Assembly (NCBI GenBank): GCA_963749915.1
Contig: CAVVOP010000008.1
Coordinates: 704,001-768,000, forward strand
Direction of reading: 5' to 3'
Source of the DNA: an uncultured cyanobacterium
GTDB lineage: Bacteria > Cyanobacteriota > Cyanobacteriia > Cyanobacteriales > Cyanobacteriaceae
DNA: 64,000 nucleotides
Shown: positions 42,019-52,600 of the stretch, in pieces
Layout of the letters: every line of letters begins with the position of its first letter
Position numbering within the stretch: position 1 is the first letter of the stretch
The notes under the pieces: model-generated
The model's database searches: none
Told to the model about the DNA's origin: nothing
Seen by the model: the letters and a program-made list of their open reading frames with translations, nothing else
Translations under genes and position numbers: made by a program

Positions 42019-43191
42019 ATGACCCAAGCACAAGAAATTTTCGCAACTATCTCATTTACTAATGATTTCGAGGAAATGTTGGACTTTAATTCTGGTAATA
42101 ATCTGAATGGTTCAATAGCTGCTATAAAAGGGGAATTTGCGGAGACCATTGCCGAAGCCGACTCCATTGGGGTTAGCGATCTCAATGGCAAGAAAGCTCG
42201 TAAGTTACCCGCCAGTCGTCGGCTACAAACGAAAAAAAAACCCTTCACAGAAGATTCTATTCGTATTTATCTTCAAGAAATTGGCAGAATCAGATTACTT
42301 CGTGCGGAGGAAGAAATCGAGTTAGCCCGACAAATTGCCGATTTGTTAGATTTAGAATACATCAGGGCCACTTTAATTGAACATTCAGGGCGTATTCCTA
42401 CGGATCAAGAATGGGCGACGGCTTGTGATATCCCCAACCTACGCCAGTTTAACCGCCGTTTACACATCGGGCGACGGGCTAAGGATAAGATGGTTCAGTC
42501 TAATCTCCGTTTAGTGGTTTCCATCGCCAAAAAATACATGAATCGTGGTTTATCGTTTCAAGATTTGATTCAAGAAGGTTCTTTGGGTTTAATTCGTGCC
42601 GCCGAAAAATTTGACCACGAAAAGGGTTATAAATTCTCCACTTACGCTACATGGTGGATTCGTCAAGCCATTACTCGTGCCATCGCTGATCAATCTCGAA
42701 CTATACGCCTTCCGGTACATCTTTACGAAACTATCTCCCGCATTAAGAAAACCACTAAGATGTTATCGCAAAAAATGGGACGTAAACCCACAGAGGAAGA
42801 AATTGCGGAAGATATGGAAATGACCATCGAGAAGTTGCGCTTTATTGCTAAATCTGCCCAATTACCCATATCCCTAGAAACCCCCATCGGTAAGGAAGAA
42901 GACTCCCGTTTGGGAGATTTTATCGAGGCTGACAGTGAAACTCCTGAAGATGAGGTATCGAAAAATTTATTACGAGAAGATTTGGAAAATGTCCTTGATT
43001 CTTTGAGCCCTCGTGAGCGAGATGTTCTACGATTACGTTATGGCCTGGATGATGGACGCATGAAGACGTTAGAGGAAATCGGTCAAATCTTTAATGTTAC
43101 CCGTGAGAGAATCCGTCAAATTGAGGCTAAGGCATTGCGTAAATTACGTCATCCTAACCGGAATAGCATTTTAAAAGAGTATATCCGTTAA
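42019..43191 (+). CDS. sigA: principal (group 1) RNA polymerase sigma factor
   Basis: [51 protein letters not shown] and [14 protein letters not shown]. Confidence 0.96.
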   Translation: MTQAQEIFATISFTNDFEEMLDFNSGNNLNGSIAAIKGEFAETIAEADSIGVSDLNGKKARKLPASRRLQTKKKPFTEDSIRIYLQEIGRIRLLRAEEEIELARQIADLLDLEYIRATLIEHSGRIPTDQEWATACDIPNLRQFNRRLHIGRRAKDKMVQSNLRLVVSIAKKYMNRGLSFQDLIQEGSLGLIRAAEKFDHEKGYKFSTYATWWIRQAITRAIADQSRTIRLPVHLYETISRIKKTTKMLSQKMGRKPTEEEIAEDMEMTIEKLRFIAKSAQLPISLETPIGKEEDSRLGDFIEADSETPEDEVSKNLLREDLENVLDSLSPRERDVLRLRYGLDDGRMKTLEEIGQIFNVTRERIRQIEAKALRKLRHPNRNSILKEYIR

Positions 43192-43281
43192 TAATTAAGT
43201 AGGAAAAAATTAACAATTAACAATTAAGATAATTGTAGTAATAATACTCGACATAAATTCTCACTATCTTTATGTTAATTT

Positions 43282-44079
43282 ATGTTAACCAGTCCGCAAA
43301 ATCCTGTTGTTAAACAAATCCGTAAATTGCATCGTAGTCGGGAAAGGCATCGAGAAAATCTACATTTATTAGAAGGCACAAATTTATTAAAAGTTGCCAG
43401 TGAGGTTGATTATCCCTTGGTAACCCTTTTGACCACGGAGTTGTGGCAGAAAAGAAATTATTCTCTTTGGCAAAAATTACAAACTCAAACGCAAAGGGCC
43501 GAAACTGTGACCCCAGAATTGATGAAGAATCTTGCCACTACCGTTAATTCTGATGGAGTTATCGCAACGGCTTATCGTCATTCTCATCAACCACAACCCC
43601 CTGAAAATCTCCGTTTCGGGTTAATTTGCCATCGCATTCAAGATCCGGGTAATTTAGGGACAATTATTCGTACTAGCGTAGCTACTGATGTGGATTTTAT
43701 CTGGCTAAGTAGTGATAGTGTCGATTTAGATAATCCTAAAGTTATGCGATCGTCCGTGGGAGAATGGTTTAAAATTGGGGCAAAAGTAGAAAAGGATCTC
43801 ATTTCTTTAGTTAAAAAGTATAAATCTCGGGGTTATCAAATTATTGCAACGTCTTTGGAAGGTAACAAAACTCCCTGGCAAATTGATTTGACTCAACCGA
43901 CTATTTTATTATTAGGCAACGAAGCACAGGGTTTATCCCCCGAATTGGCTAATTTAGCAACGGAAAATGTCAAAATTCCTTTGGCTAATGATGTGGAATC
44001 TCTTAATGTGGCCATCGCCACAGCTTTTTTATTAGCAGAATACCAAAGGCAATTAACAATTAACAGACAAGACGTTTAA
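43282..44079 (+). CDS. TrmH/SpoU family RNA methyltransferase
   Basis: IQDPGNLGTIIR, LGNEAQGL and ESLNVAIA. Confidence 0.92.
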   Translation: MLTSPQNPVVKQIRKLHRSRERHRENLHLLEGTNLLKVASEVDYPLVTLLTTELWQKRNYSLWQKLQTQTQRAETVTPELMKNLATTVNSDGVIATAYRHSHQPQPPENLRFGLICHRIQDPGNLGTIIRTSVATDVDFIWLSSDSVDLDNPKVMRSSVGEWFKIGAKVEKDLISLVKKYKSRGYQIIATSLEGNKTPWQIDLTQPTILLLGNEAQGLSPELANLATENVKIPLANDVESLNVAIATAFLLAEYQRQLTINRQDV

Positions 44080-44160
44080 ATCTTTTGCTTAATTTAAGGA
44101 TAAACTACCAACTATCAAACTCAGTTATAATTTGGACAAGAAATTAAAGAAATTATATTT

Positions 44161-44616
44161 ATGAGTAATAGATTGACGGAATTGGGCATATCTCAAGAAG
44201 ATTATTGTGTTTTTGGGTTAGCAACTTGTTTTATCCGAGACGAAGGGGAAATCAAAGAAATTAAGGTAATTGAACCCATTCCATCGGCGGCATTAGAAGC
44301 ACTTTTTAAAGGTATTCCTACTTCTTACGAGTTAGCAGTAGCCACCACCATCGGGCAAGTTATCCTTGAAGATACTCTACAAAAACCCAGGGAATTTCCT
44401 GATAATAGTCAATTTTGTGATGATTTTCTTAATCGCACCTTTGCCGCCACTCGTACCTATAAAAGTAAACCTAGTGCCCAAGAATACATTAAGTTCGGCA
44501 CATCAACAACCGACTTCAATTATTCATTAGAAAGAAAAAGAGTGTTAAATAGTGTTCATCTGGTTTCCGATGATGATAATGTTAAACAACATCCTAATAC
44601 TCATAAAATTTTGTAA
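44161..44616 (+). CDS. conserved cyanobacterial hypothetical protein
   Basis: DYCVFGLATCF..EPIPSAALE..RKRVLN...DNVKQH; clean 151-aa ORF. Confidence 0.8.
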   Translation: MSNRLTELGISQEDYCVFGLATCFIRDEGEIKEIKVIEPIPSAALEALFKGIPTSYELAVATTIGQVILEDTLQKPREFPDNSQFCDDFLNRTFAATRTYKSKPSAQEYIKFGTSTTDFNYSLERKRVLNSVHLVSDDDNVKQHPNTHKIL

Positions 44617-44639
44617 AATTTTTTCAAACGATTTGAATA

Positions 44640-45041
44640 GTGAAATATTACTCTTTAAGTTTAAGTTTTCTCACATTTCTTTTTTGTACAACTCCGGTTT
44701 CTGCTGAAAAATACGGTCAAGAAATCAATTCTTTAGAAGAAAAAAGCATCATTAATCAGTGGATTTTGTTTGCTAATTCAACTTTAGCCACGGGATTATT
44801 TATTGAGGCAAATCGGGAAAAAGAAATATCGAAACTATTGCCCCCTTTAGAACATATTTTTCAAAATAATTCCTTTTTATTAGGTTCAGAATTTACTGTT
44901 GCTGATGTAGCAGTAGGCTCAATGTTAGCTTATACTCAGATTTTATTAAAACTTGATTTAAGTGACTATCCTGCCATAACTAACTATATTCAAAACATCA
45001 CCCAAAGACCCGCTTTTATGAAAACCATCGGACAAAGATAA
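44640..45041 (+). CDS. chimeric ORF: AmiC-like signal peptide fused to a glutathione S-transferase C-terminal domain (possibly pseudogene)
   Basis: From AEKYG onwards it resembles a GST C-half (NQWILFANSTL, FLLGSEFTVADVAVGS, RPAF); first 22 codons match the amiC leader. Confidence 0.75.
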   Translation: MKYYSLSLSFLTFLFCTTPVSAEKYGQEINSLEEKSIINQWILFANSTLATGLFIEANREKEISKLLPPLEHIFQNNSFLLGSEFTVADVAVGSMLAYTQILLKLDLSDYPAITNYIQNITQRPAFMKTIGQR

Positions 45042-45374
45042 TGAACAATGGACAAGGGACAATGAACAATTAACAATTAATTAATTTTCTCCTCGTCCTC
45101 TAGTCCTTTTGTTTTATAATCTGCCCTGTCTACCTGTTCACCTGCCTCCCCCGTCTTTCTTAGACGTCGAACTCATTAAAAGTCCTAGATTATATTTTTT
45201 ATACTTAAACGGGTAGATAGTTTAAACTTAGTTAATATTCAGATAAGTCAGAGAAACAAAAATTTTTCCTTCTCTGTCATTAAATAATATTATGTTTATT
45301 AAAATAATTTCTTATTTATATAGAACTTTTATATAGAACTGAACCCAATCAAGACTATCAGAGGAAGTAATACC

Positions 45375-47327
45375 ATGGTGAAATTTTATTCTTTAATTTT
45401 AAGTTTACTGACATTTTTAATTTTTGCGACTCCCGCTTATGCCGGAAGACTCCTGTTTTGGCGCTTTGAATACAATCAAAATAGATTACTTTTTACCACA
45501 GATCAAGGAATACAACCAACAGCTCAACTCATTGCTAATCCTACTCGTTTAGTTATCGATCTTCCTAGCACAACTTTAGGCAGACCAACTATCAACGAAA
45601 ATTTAGGTAATGTCATCACTAACTTAAGAATTGGTCAGTTTGATGCTCGTACTACTAGATTGGTTATAGAATTAGCACCCGGATACACCCTCGATCCTCA
45701 AGGTATTAAAATAAAAGGTCTTTCTCCTACACAGTGGTCAGTGGATTTACCACAACCACAACAAGCAGATTTTCCGGCTAATCCTTCCCCCAAATCCTCC
45801 TTTGATAATCAATCTCGAAATTCTAATGGTAATCCCATCGGTCTGAATAATGGCAATCGGAATAGTAGTTTGAATGCCTCAAAAGGTTTACAGGTAACTT
45901 CTAGCGGTATTGTTGTTGGTCTTGATGGAAACCATAAAAATAAAATAAAATTTAATCGTAGTCGCGATCGCCGTCAAATTAACTTTGAAATTGAAAATAT
46001 GACTATACCCAATAATTTACCGGATTCTTGGCCGATCAATCAATACGGTATAAGTGAATTAAAATTAAATCAATCCAGGAAATCAGTAGCCTTACTAACA
46101 TTGAATGTTCATCCTGACAGTCCTGATTGGCAAGCCAGTTTTAGTCGTATGGGTGGATTAGTTTTATGGCCTCAAGGGGGTATTTCCAAAGTAACTGAGT
46201 TGTCCGCCAATATTGATTCACCTAAGGTATCAAATACACCACCTAGGTCACAACCGATCACTAATAATATTAATCCTCGTGTTAATAACTCCAGCAAAAC
46301 CAGTATTGAATATATTCAAGTCAACTATAATCAACTGATGATTGGGGCAAACCAACCCCTAAAAGCACAAGGCAGTTGGAGTCAAGGTAATAGAATTTAT
46401 CAAATTAGGCTGGAAAATACTGACTTATCCCCGAATTTTAAAAGTCCTAACCTAGTATCGGGAAGTCCCATTGCCAGAATGCGTATTTGGCAACCAGACA
46501 ATAAAACCGTAGTACTTTTAATTGAACCAGCTTTGGGCACCATAATAGGGCAACTCAATCAACCTAGCGAAAGAATGTTGGCGTTATCCTTGAATCGTAG
46601 CAATATTACTTCTCGTAATACTCAAAATGATTCTGCCACGGGAATTTCTCTCCCAGTATCTCAAGCACCAGGTTCTGCCAACCCTTTTGATTATACTCCC
46701 AATGGTTCCTCACGACCTTTACCTCCTTTAAATAATTCTCGTCCTCTACCTCCTTTAAATAATTCTCGTCCGCCCACCAAAGGTAAGACCCTTGTAATTA
46801 TCGACCCTGGCCATGGTGGGAAAGATGTCGGTGCCGTCGGTATCGGCGGAATCCAAGAAAAACGGATAGTTATTTCCATCTCCCAACAAGTCGCTCGTCT
46901 TTTAGAACAACAGGGAATACAAGTGAGAATGACTAGAAATAGCGATTATTTTATCAGTTTAGAAGGAAGAACAAATTTGGCTAATCGTCTTAATGCTGAT
47001 ATATTCGTCAGTATCCATGCTAACTCTGCCGGCAGAAGTAAACCCGGGGTAAGTGGCTATGAAACCTATTATTACCAGACTGGTAGAGCTTTAGCTGATA
47101 CTATTCATCGCAATGTTATACGCCGAGTTGATGTGCGCAATCGCAGAATAAAACAAGCTCGATTCTACGTTTTGAGAAAATCGAATATGCCCTCGGTATT
47201 ATTAGAAACTGGTTTTGTCACAGGTACAGAAGATGCCGCTAAACTGACAAATCCTAGTTTTCAAAGACAAATGGCAGAAGCGATCGCATCTGGTATTATT
47301 GAGTATATCCGGACAAACCGCCTATAA
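45375..47327 (+). CDS. amiC: N-acetylmuramoyl-L-alanine amidase with AMIN domains
   Basis: Signal peptide, PTRLVIDLP AMIN, IIDPGHGG, FVSIHAN, LLETGF; 27-bp Pro-rich repeats at 46710-46775; upstream of murI. Confidence 0.92.
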   Translation: MVKFYSLILSLLTFLIFATPAYAGRLLFWRFEYNQNRLLFTTDQGIQPTAQLIANPTRLVIDLPSTTLGRPTINENLGNVITNLRIGQFDARTTRLVIELAPGYTLDPQGIKIKGLSPTQWSVDLPQPQQADFPANPSPKSSFDNQSRNSNGNPIGLNNGNRNSSLNASKGLQVTSSGIVVGLDGNHKNKIKFNRSRDRRQINFEIENMTIPNNLPDSWPINQYGISELKLNQSRKSVALLTLNVHPDSPDWQASFSRMGGLVLWPQGGISKVTELSANIDSPKVSNTPPRSQPITNNINPRVNNSSKTSIEYIQVNYNQLMIGANQPLKAQGSWSQGNRIYQIRLENTDLSPNFKSPNLVSGSPIARMRIWQPDNKTVVLLIEPALGTIIGQLNQPSERMLALSLNRSNITSRNTQNDSATGISLPVSQAPGSANPFDYTPNGSSRPLPPLNNSRPLPPLNNSRPPTKGKTLVIIDPGHGGKDVGAVGIGGIQEKRIVISISQQVARLLEQQGIQVRMTRNSDYFISLEGRTNLANRLNADIFVSIHANSAGRSKPGVSGYETYYYQTGRALADTIHRNVIRRVDVRNRRIKQARFYVLRKSNMPSVLLETGFVTGTEDAAKLTNPSFQRQMAEAIASGIIEYIRTNRL

Positions 47328-47844
47328 GTCAAAAGATTCAGAGTCTGACAAAGACGAGGGACACAAGTAGGTAAACAACTGAGTTTGACATAAAAAAGAA
47401 GGTTGAAGGGCAACTATGAATAATTTCAATGGTGAAAATAAATAATAAGAATAATAGTTCTAATAATTAAGAAAAGTTTCAGTATTTTGAATTATCATCA
47501 ACAAAAATCTTATAATTTATTCAGTATAGTTCTTAAAGCCTAAGCCATTGATTAAAAATAATAACTCTATTATTTTTACTAATACGGAAACATTACAAGA
47601 AACTATTAGTTGTTTGTCTCAACATATTTTTTTAATAGTAAAAAAGCTTTTAATTCTGAAAATCTATTTAAAATCTAAGTAAGAGCGGCTAGTAATAAAA
47701 AACCGGTAATTAGTTTGCTATTGAAATCAATTGTTAATAGTTTATTTTCCGTTGTTTATTGCTAATTGTTTTCCTCAATGTATTTACATTTTAAAGTACT
47801 TTTGCTTAAATTAAGATAATTTTAATTGCAATCATGATAATTTT

Positions 47845-48723
47845 ATGGAACATTCTCTTGGTAATAGAATTGGTGTTTTTGACAGCGGCGTCGGTGGTTT
47901 AACAGTACTTCGGAAACTCTATCGTCATTTGCCCCAAGAATCCATCCTCTATTTTGCCGATACTCAACGTCTTCCCTACGGTACTCGTTCCCGTCAAGAG
48001 ATTATTTTATTCGTTAGGGAGATTCTCGATTGGATGAAAGATCAAAAGGTCAAGATGGTTATTATGGCTTGTAATACTAGTTCAGCTCTAGCTTTAGAAG
48101 AAGTACAGTCCGAATATGACTTCCCTATTTTAGGCTTAATCCATCCCGGTGCAAAAGGTGCAGTCAAACAAGGTAAAAAAATTGGTGTTATTTCCACTGT
48201 AGCCACCGCTAAAAGTAATGCCTATAGTAACGCTATTCGAGAAATTAATCCTCAAGTTGATGTGTGGCAAGTTGGGTGTCCAGAATTTGTGCCTCTCATC
48301 GAACAGAATCGCATTTATGATCCTTATACCAAAAAAGTAGCTCAACAATATTTAGAGCCTTTAATTAGGAATCAAATTGATGCTCTTATCTATGGTTGTA
48401 CCCATTATCCTCACCTACAAGGCTTATTGAAAGAAATTTTACCTTCTTTTGTTAAATTAATTGATCCTGCTGATTCTGTCGTTAGGGCAACGGAAAGGGA
48501 ATTAGATTTAATGAATTTACGAAACTATCATAGCGTTTTACCGACTCGTTTTTGTGTTAGCGGTGAGCCAGAAGATTTTGCCACAATTTCTAAACAGTGG
48601 TTAGGATTTACTCCTCAAGTAGAAAAAATTTATTTACCTTCTATTGCAACTGTCATTAGTCCGCCGATACCATCAAAAACATCAAACTTTGCATATAGTT
48701 CTAATTTATTAATTTCTTCTTGA
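47845..48723 (+). CDS. murI: glutamate racemase
   Basis: IGVFDSGVGGLTV, MACNT and GCTHYP. Confidence 0.96.
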   Translation: MEHSLGNRIGVFDSGVGGLTVLRKLYRHLPQESILYFADTQRLPYGTRSRQEIILFVREILDWMKDQKVKMVIMACNTSSALALEEVQSEYDFPILGLIHPGAKGAVKQGKKIGVISTVATAKSNAYSNAIREINPQVDVWQVGCPEFVPLIEQNRIYDPYTKKVAQQYLEPLIRNQIDALIYGCTHYPHLQGLLKEILPSFVKLIDPADSVVRATERELDLMNLRNYHSVLPTRFCVSGEPEDFATISKQWLGFTPQVEKIYLPSIATVISPPIPSKTSNFAYSSNLLISS

Positions 48724-48813
48724 GTTAGTTTTACTTTTAATTCCATAGTCCGCTGGTTAAAAACCCTTATTTATTTCCAAGCCCTCAGAATTAGGGGGAG
48801 GGGGAGCTTACGT

Positions 48814-49234
48814 CCTCACAAGTGTAGGTTTTTTACATTAACGATAAAACTGAACTTCCCCAAGTGAAAAACGAGAAAAGCCTTAACCCAAGACAGTTAC
48901 AGAGATTTTTGAACTGCCTGTTACTGGCTACAAATTTGTAAAGGGGTTGTGGAGTAGTTCGTGAAGTGTTCGCCCTCAGGATCATCGTATCACATTTGGC
49001 ACTATAAAATGTTAAGAAATGTAACAATTTTACATGGACACAGGCTGTAGCATGGCAATGGGTATAAGCCTTGCAAAGCAAGACTTTGAATGATGCTTCA
49101 GTACATTTGCTCGGGGGAAGTTCAGGATTAATTAACATTATTGCCGATTTCTCTCTTCCTTGTCTACTTTCCTTCCTTGTCCTCCTTGTCTCTCCCCCAC
49201 CAGAACTTATTGTAAAAAACCTACCCTTGTCAGG
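48814..49234. mobile_element. MITE-like unit bounded by 24-bp inverted CCT(C/G)ACAAG(T/G)GTAGGTTTTTTACA
   Basis: 22/24 inverted match between 48814-48837 and 49211-49234; contains CCTTGTC 9-mers and a nested element. Confidence 0.6.
48850..49125. mobile_element. nested 276-bp element with CTGAACTTCCCC TIRs
   Basis: CTGAACTTCCCC at 48850 and GGGGAAGTTCAG ending 49125. Confidence 0.6.
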
Positions 49235-49666
49235 GAGTGTTCCCCCGAACTTGAGAGATCAAGAGGACAAATGCGTAAGTCCTGTTGATGTGAGATGTCG
49301 GTATATTAAGAAATAATAAGTTACTGTAAATAAAGAATAATTTAGTTTAAATAAAATTTAAGTATATTGATTTTTTTTAATTTTTATAATGAATAAAAGA
49401 GAATTTTTATCGAAAAGTAAAATATTATTAAAAATTTGTAACAAACAACTAGACTTGTGCTAATTAGTTTCATGATAATAAGTGTAGAAGTTGGATGTTG
49501 TGGGGAAACAAAAAATTAAATAAAAACCGGTAGTGCTTATTCGAAAATGTTAAGGATAAGTATCAATGTTAACAAAAAAATCATCAATTCTATTCTATGA
49601 TTAAGTGATCAATTTCCTCTCGCCTAATTTCTAACTCTTTCTGTTTTTTTGGAGAATATTTGGCTT

Positions 49667-52600
49667 ATGAATACGAAAAATTATGCAACTTTAGATGGTA
49701 ACGAAGCCGTAGCAAGAGTGGCCTATAAATTGAATGAAGTTATCGCCATTTATCCCATCACTCCGGCTTCACCTATGGGGGAATGGGCGGATGCTTGGGC
49801 TTCTGAGGGTAAACCCAATCTTTGGGGCACAATACCTTCCATCATAGAAATGCAAAGCGAAGGAGGTGCGGCGGGAGCTGTTCATGGAGCATTACAGGCG
49901 GGATCTCTAACCACCACTTTCACCGCCTCTCAGGGACTGTTATTGATGATTCCCAATTACTACAAAATTGCAGGAGAGTTAACCCCCATTGTGTTTCACA
50001 TTGCCGCCCGTTCTTTAGCCGCTCAAGCCTTATCCATTTTTGGAGATCATAGTGATGTAATGGCAGCTAGGGCTACAGGATGTGCTCTCCTTGCCTCTGC
50101 TAGTGTCCAAGAGGCTCAAGATTTAGCGGCGATCGCCACTTCTGCCAGTTTAAAATCTCGAATACCTTTTTTACATTTTTTCGATGGTTTTCGCACTTCC
50201 CACCAAATCGATAAAGTGGAATTGTTGGAAGATGAACATTTACGGCAACTGGTTGACGATCAAGACATTGTGGCCCATCGTCGACGAGCATTAACTCCCG
50301 ATCGCCCTGTATTAAGAGGCACGGCTCAAAACCCCGATGTTTATTTTCAGGCTAGGGAAACCGTTAATCCCTTTTATGATCAATGTCCGCACATTGTACA
50401 AGGAGTAATGAATCAATTTGCCAGTTTAACGGGGCGACAATATTATCTTTATGAATATCATGGGGATACTACGGCAGAAAAGGTAATTATTATAATGGGT
50501 TCAGGTTGTGATGTGGTTCATGAAACTATAGATTATCTCAACTCACAAGGACAAAAACTAGGGGTGTTAAAGGTGCGTTTATACCGTCCTTTTGACGCTC
50601 AACGGTTATTAGAAGCTATTCCTGGGACAGTAAAAGCGATCGCTGTATTAGATCGCACGAAAGAACCCGGATCTGCTGGCGAACCTTTGTATGTAGATGT
50701 TGTCACCGCCTATATGGAATATTATCAAGGTGATACTTTCCCGAAAATTGTCGGCGGGCGTTATGGTTTATCCTCGAAAGACTTTACCCCTGCTATGGTT
50801 AAGGGAATATTTGAGAATCTCAGTCTCGCTGTTGCCGATAGTTCCGTTAGTAAGGGAAGGGGGATTAAAAATCATTTTACCATCGGCATTAATGATGATT
50901 TAAGCCATACCAGCTTAGATTATAACTCTAACTTTGACATTGAACCTGATAACGTGGTTAGAGCAATATTTTACGGTTTGGGTTCCGATGGTACAGTGGG
51001 TGCAAATAAAAATTCCATAAAAATTATTGGCGAAGATACCGATAACTACGCCCAAGGTTATTTCGTCTATGATTCGAAAAAATCAGGCTCAGTGACGGTG
51101 TCTCACTTACGTTTCGGTCCTCAATTGATACGCTCTTGTTATTTAATTAATCAGGCTAATTTTATCGGTTGTCATCAGTGGGAATTTTTAGATAAATACC
51201 CGATCTTGTCTGATGCTTTGATGGGGGCAACTTTTCTCCTCAATAGCCCTTATCCTGCCGATCTTGTCTGGGATCAATTACCATCAGCAGTACGGGAAAC
51301 CATTATCGCTAAACAACTCAAATTTTACGTTATCAATGGTTATCAAGTGGCACGAGAAGCTGGCATGGGAGGACGCATTAACACCGTGATGCAAGTTTGC
51401 TTTTTCGCCCTTTCGGGAGTGTTGTCCAAAGAAAATGCTATTGCCCAAATCAAGAAATCCATTGAGAAAACCTACGGTAAAAAAGGCAAAGAAATTGTTG
51501 AGATGAACATGAAAGCCGTCGATTCTACCTTGGATCATCTTTTTGAGGTACCAATCCCTGTTGATAGGGACAATGCCCCCCTCAGTAATGCAAGGGAAAG
51601 GGAGAATCAGCGATCGCACAGTGGTGCTTCACGATCCCCCGTATCCGATCAAGCACCAATATTCGTCAAAGAAGTTCTAGGCAAAATTTTGGCAAGGGAA
51701 GGGGATAATATACCCGTGTCAGCATTACCCTGTGATGGCACTTATCCCACCGGCACCTCTAAATGGGAAAAACGCAATATCGCTCAAGAAATTCCCGTCT
51801 GGGATGCGGATGTCTGTGTGCAATGCGGAAAATGTGTGATGGTCTGCCCTCACGGCGTAATTCGCTCCAAAGTTTATAGTGGGGAAAATTTAAGCAACGC
51901 CCCTGAAACTTTTAAATCTTCACCGGCACGAGACCACGATTGGAAGGGGTTAAAATTTACTATTCAGGTGGCCCCTGAAGATTGTACTGGTTGTGCTTTA
52001 TGTATCGATGTTTGTCCTGCCAAAAATAAATCTCAACCTCGTCTCAAAGCCATTAATATGAGTCCTCAATTGCCTATTCGTGAGCAAGAGCGTGTTAATT
52101 GGGATTACTTCTTAAATTTACCATTACCTGATCGCAATGCCTTAAATCTGAAGAAAATCAGTCATCAACAAATGCAAGAACCATTATTTGAATTTAGTGG
52201 TGCCTGTGGCGGTTGTGGTGAAACCCCCTATCTCAAATTAGTTACCCAATTATTTGGCGATCGCATGATTGTTGCCAATGCCACCGGTTGCTCATCCATT
52301 TATGGCGGTAACTTACCCACTACTCCTTGGACTACCAATAATGAAGGGCGAGGGCCAGCTTGGAGTAATTCCTTATTTGAGGATAATGCCGAATTTGGTT
52401 TAGGTTTTCGGGTTTCTATTGATAAACACGTGGAATTTGCGATGGAGCTTCTTCAATCTCTGGCTGGTGAATTGGGAGATAATCTAGTTACGGCTATCTT
52501 AAATAACAGTCAAAAAGATGAAGCAGATATTTATGAACAAAGAAACTCTGTAACTCAATTAAAACAACGTCTGCAAGAATTAACCTCTGACCATCCCCAA

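Noticed and set aside
41396..42325. ORFs 41396-41683, 41731-41970, 41994-42248, 42137-42325
   Set aside because: No recognisable motifs; promoter region or shadows of sigA
49021..49033. NtcA site upstream of nifJ
   Set aside because: GTA-N7-TAC rather than N8, and inside a MITE
48833..49316. ORFs 48833-49138 and 49071-49316
   Set aside because: Run through nested repeats and low-complexity 9-mers
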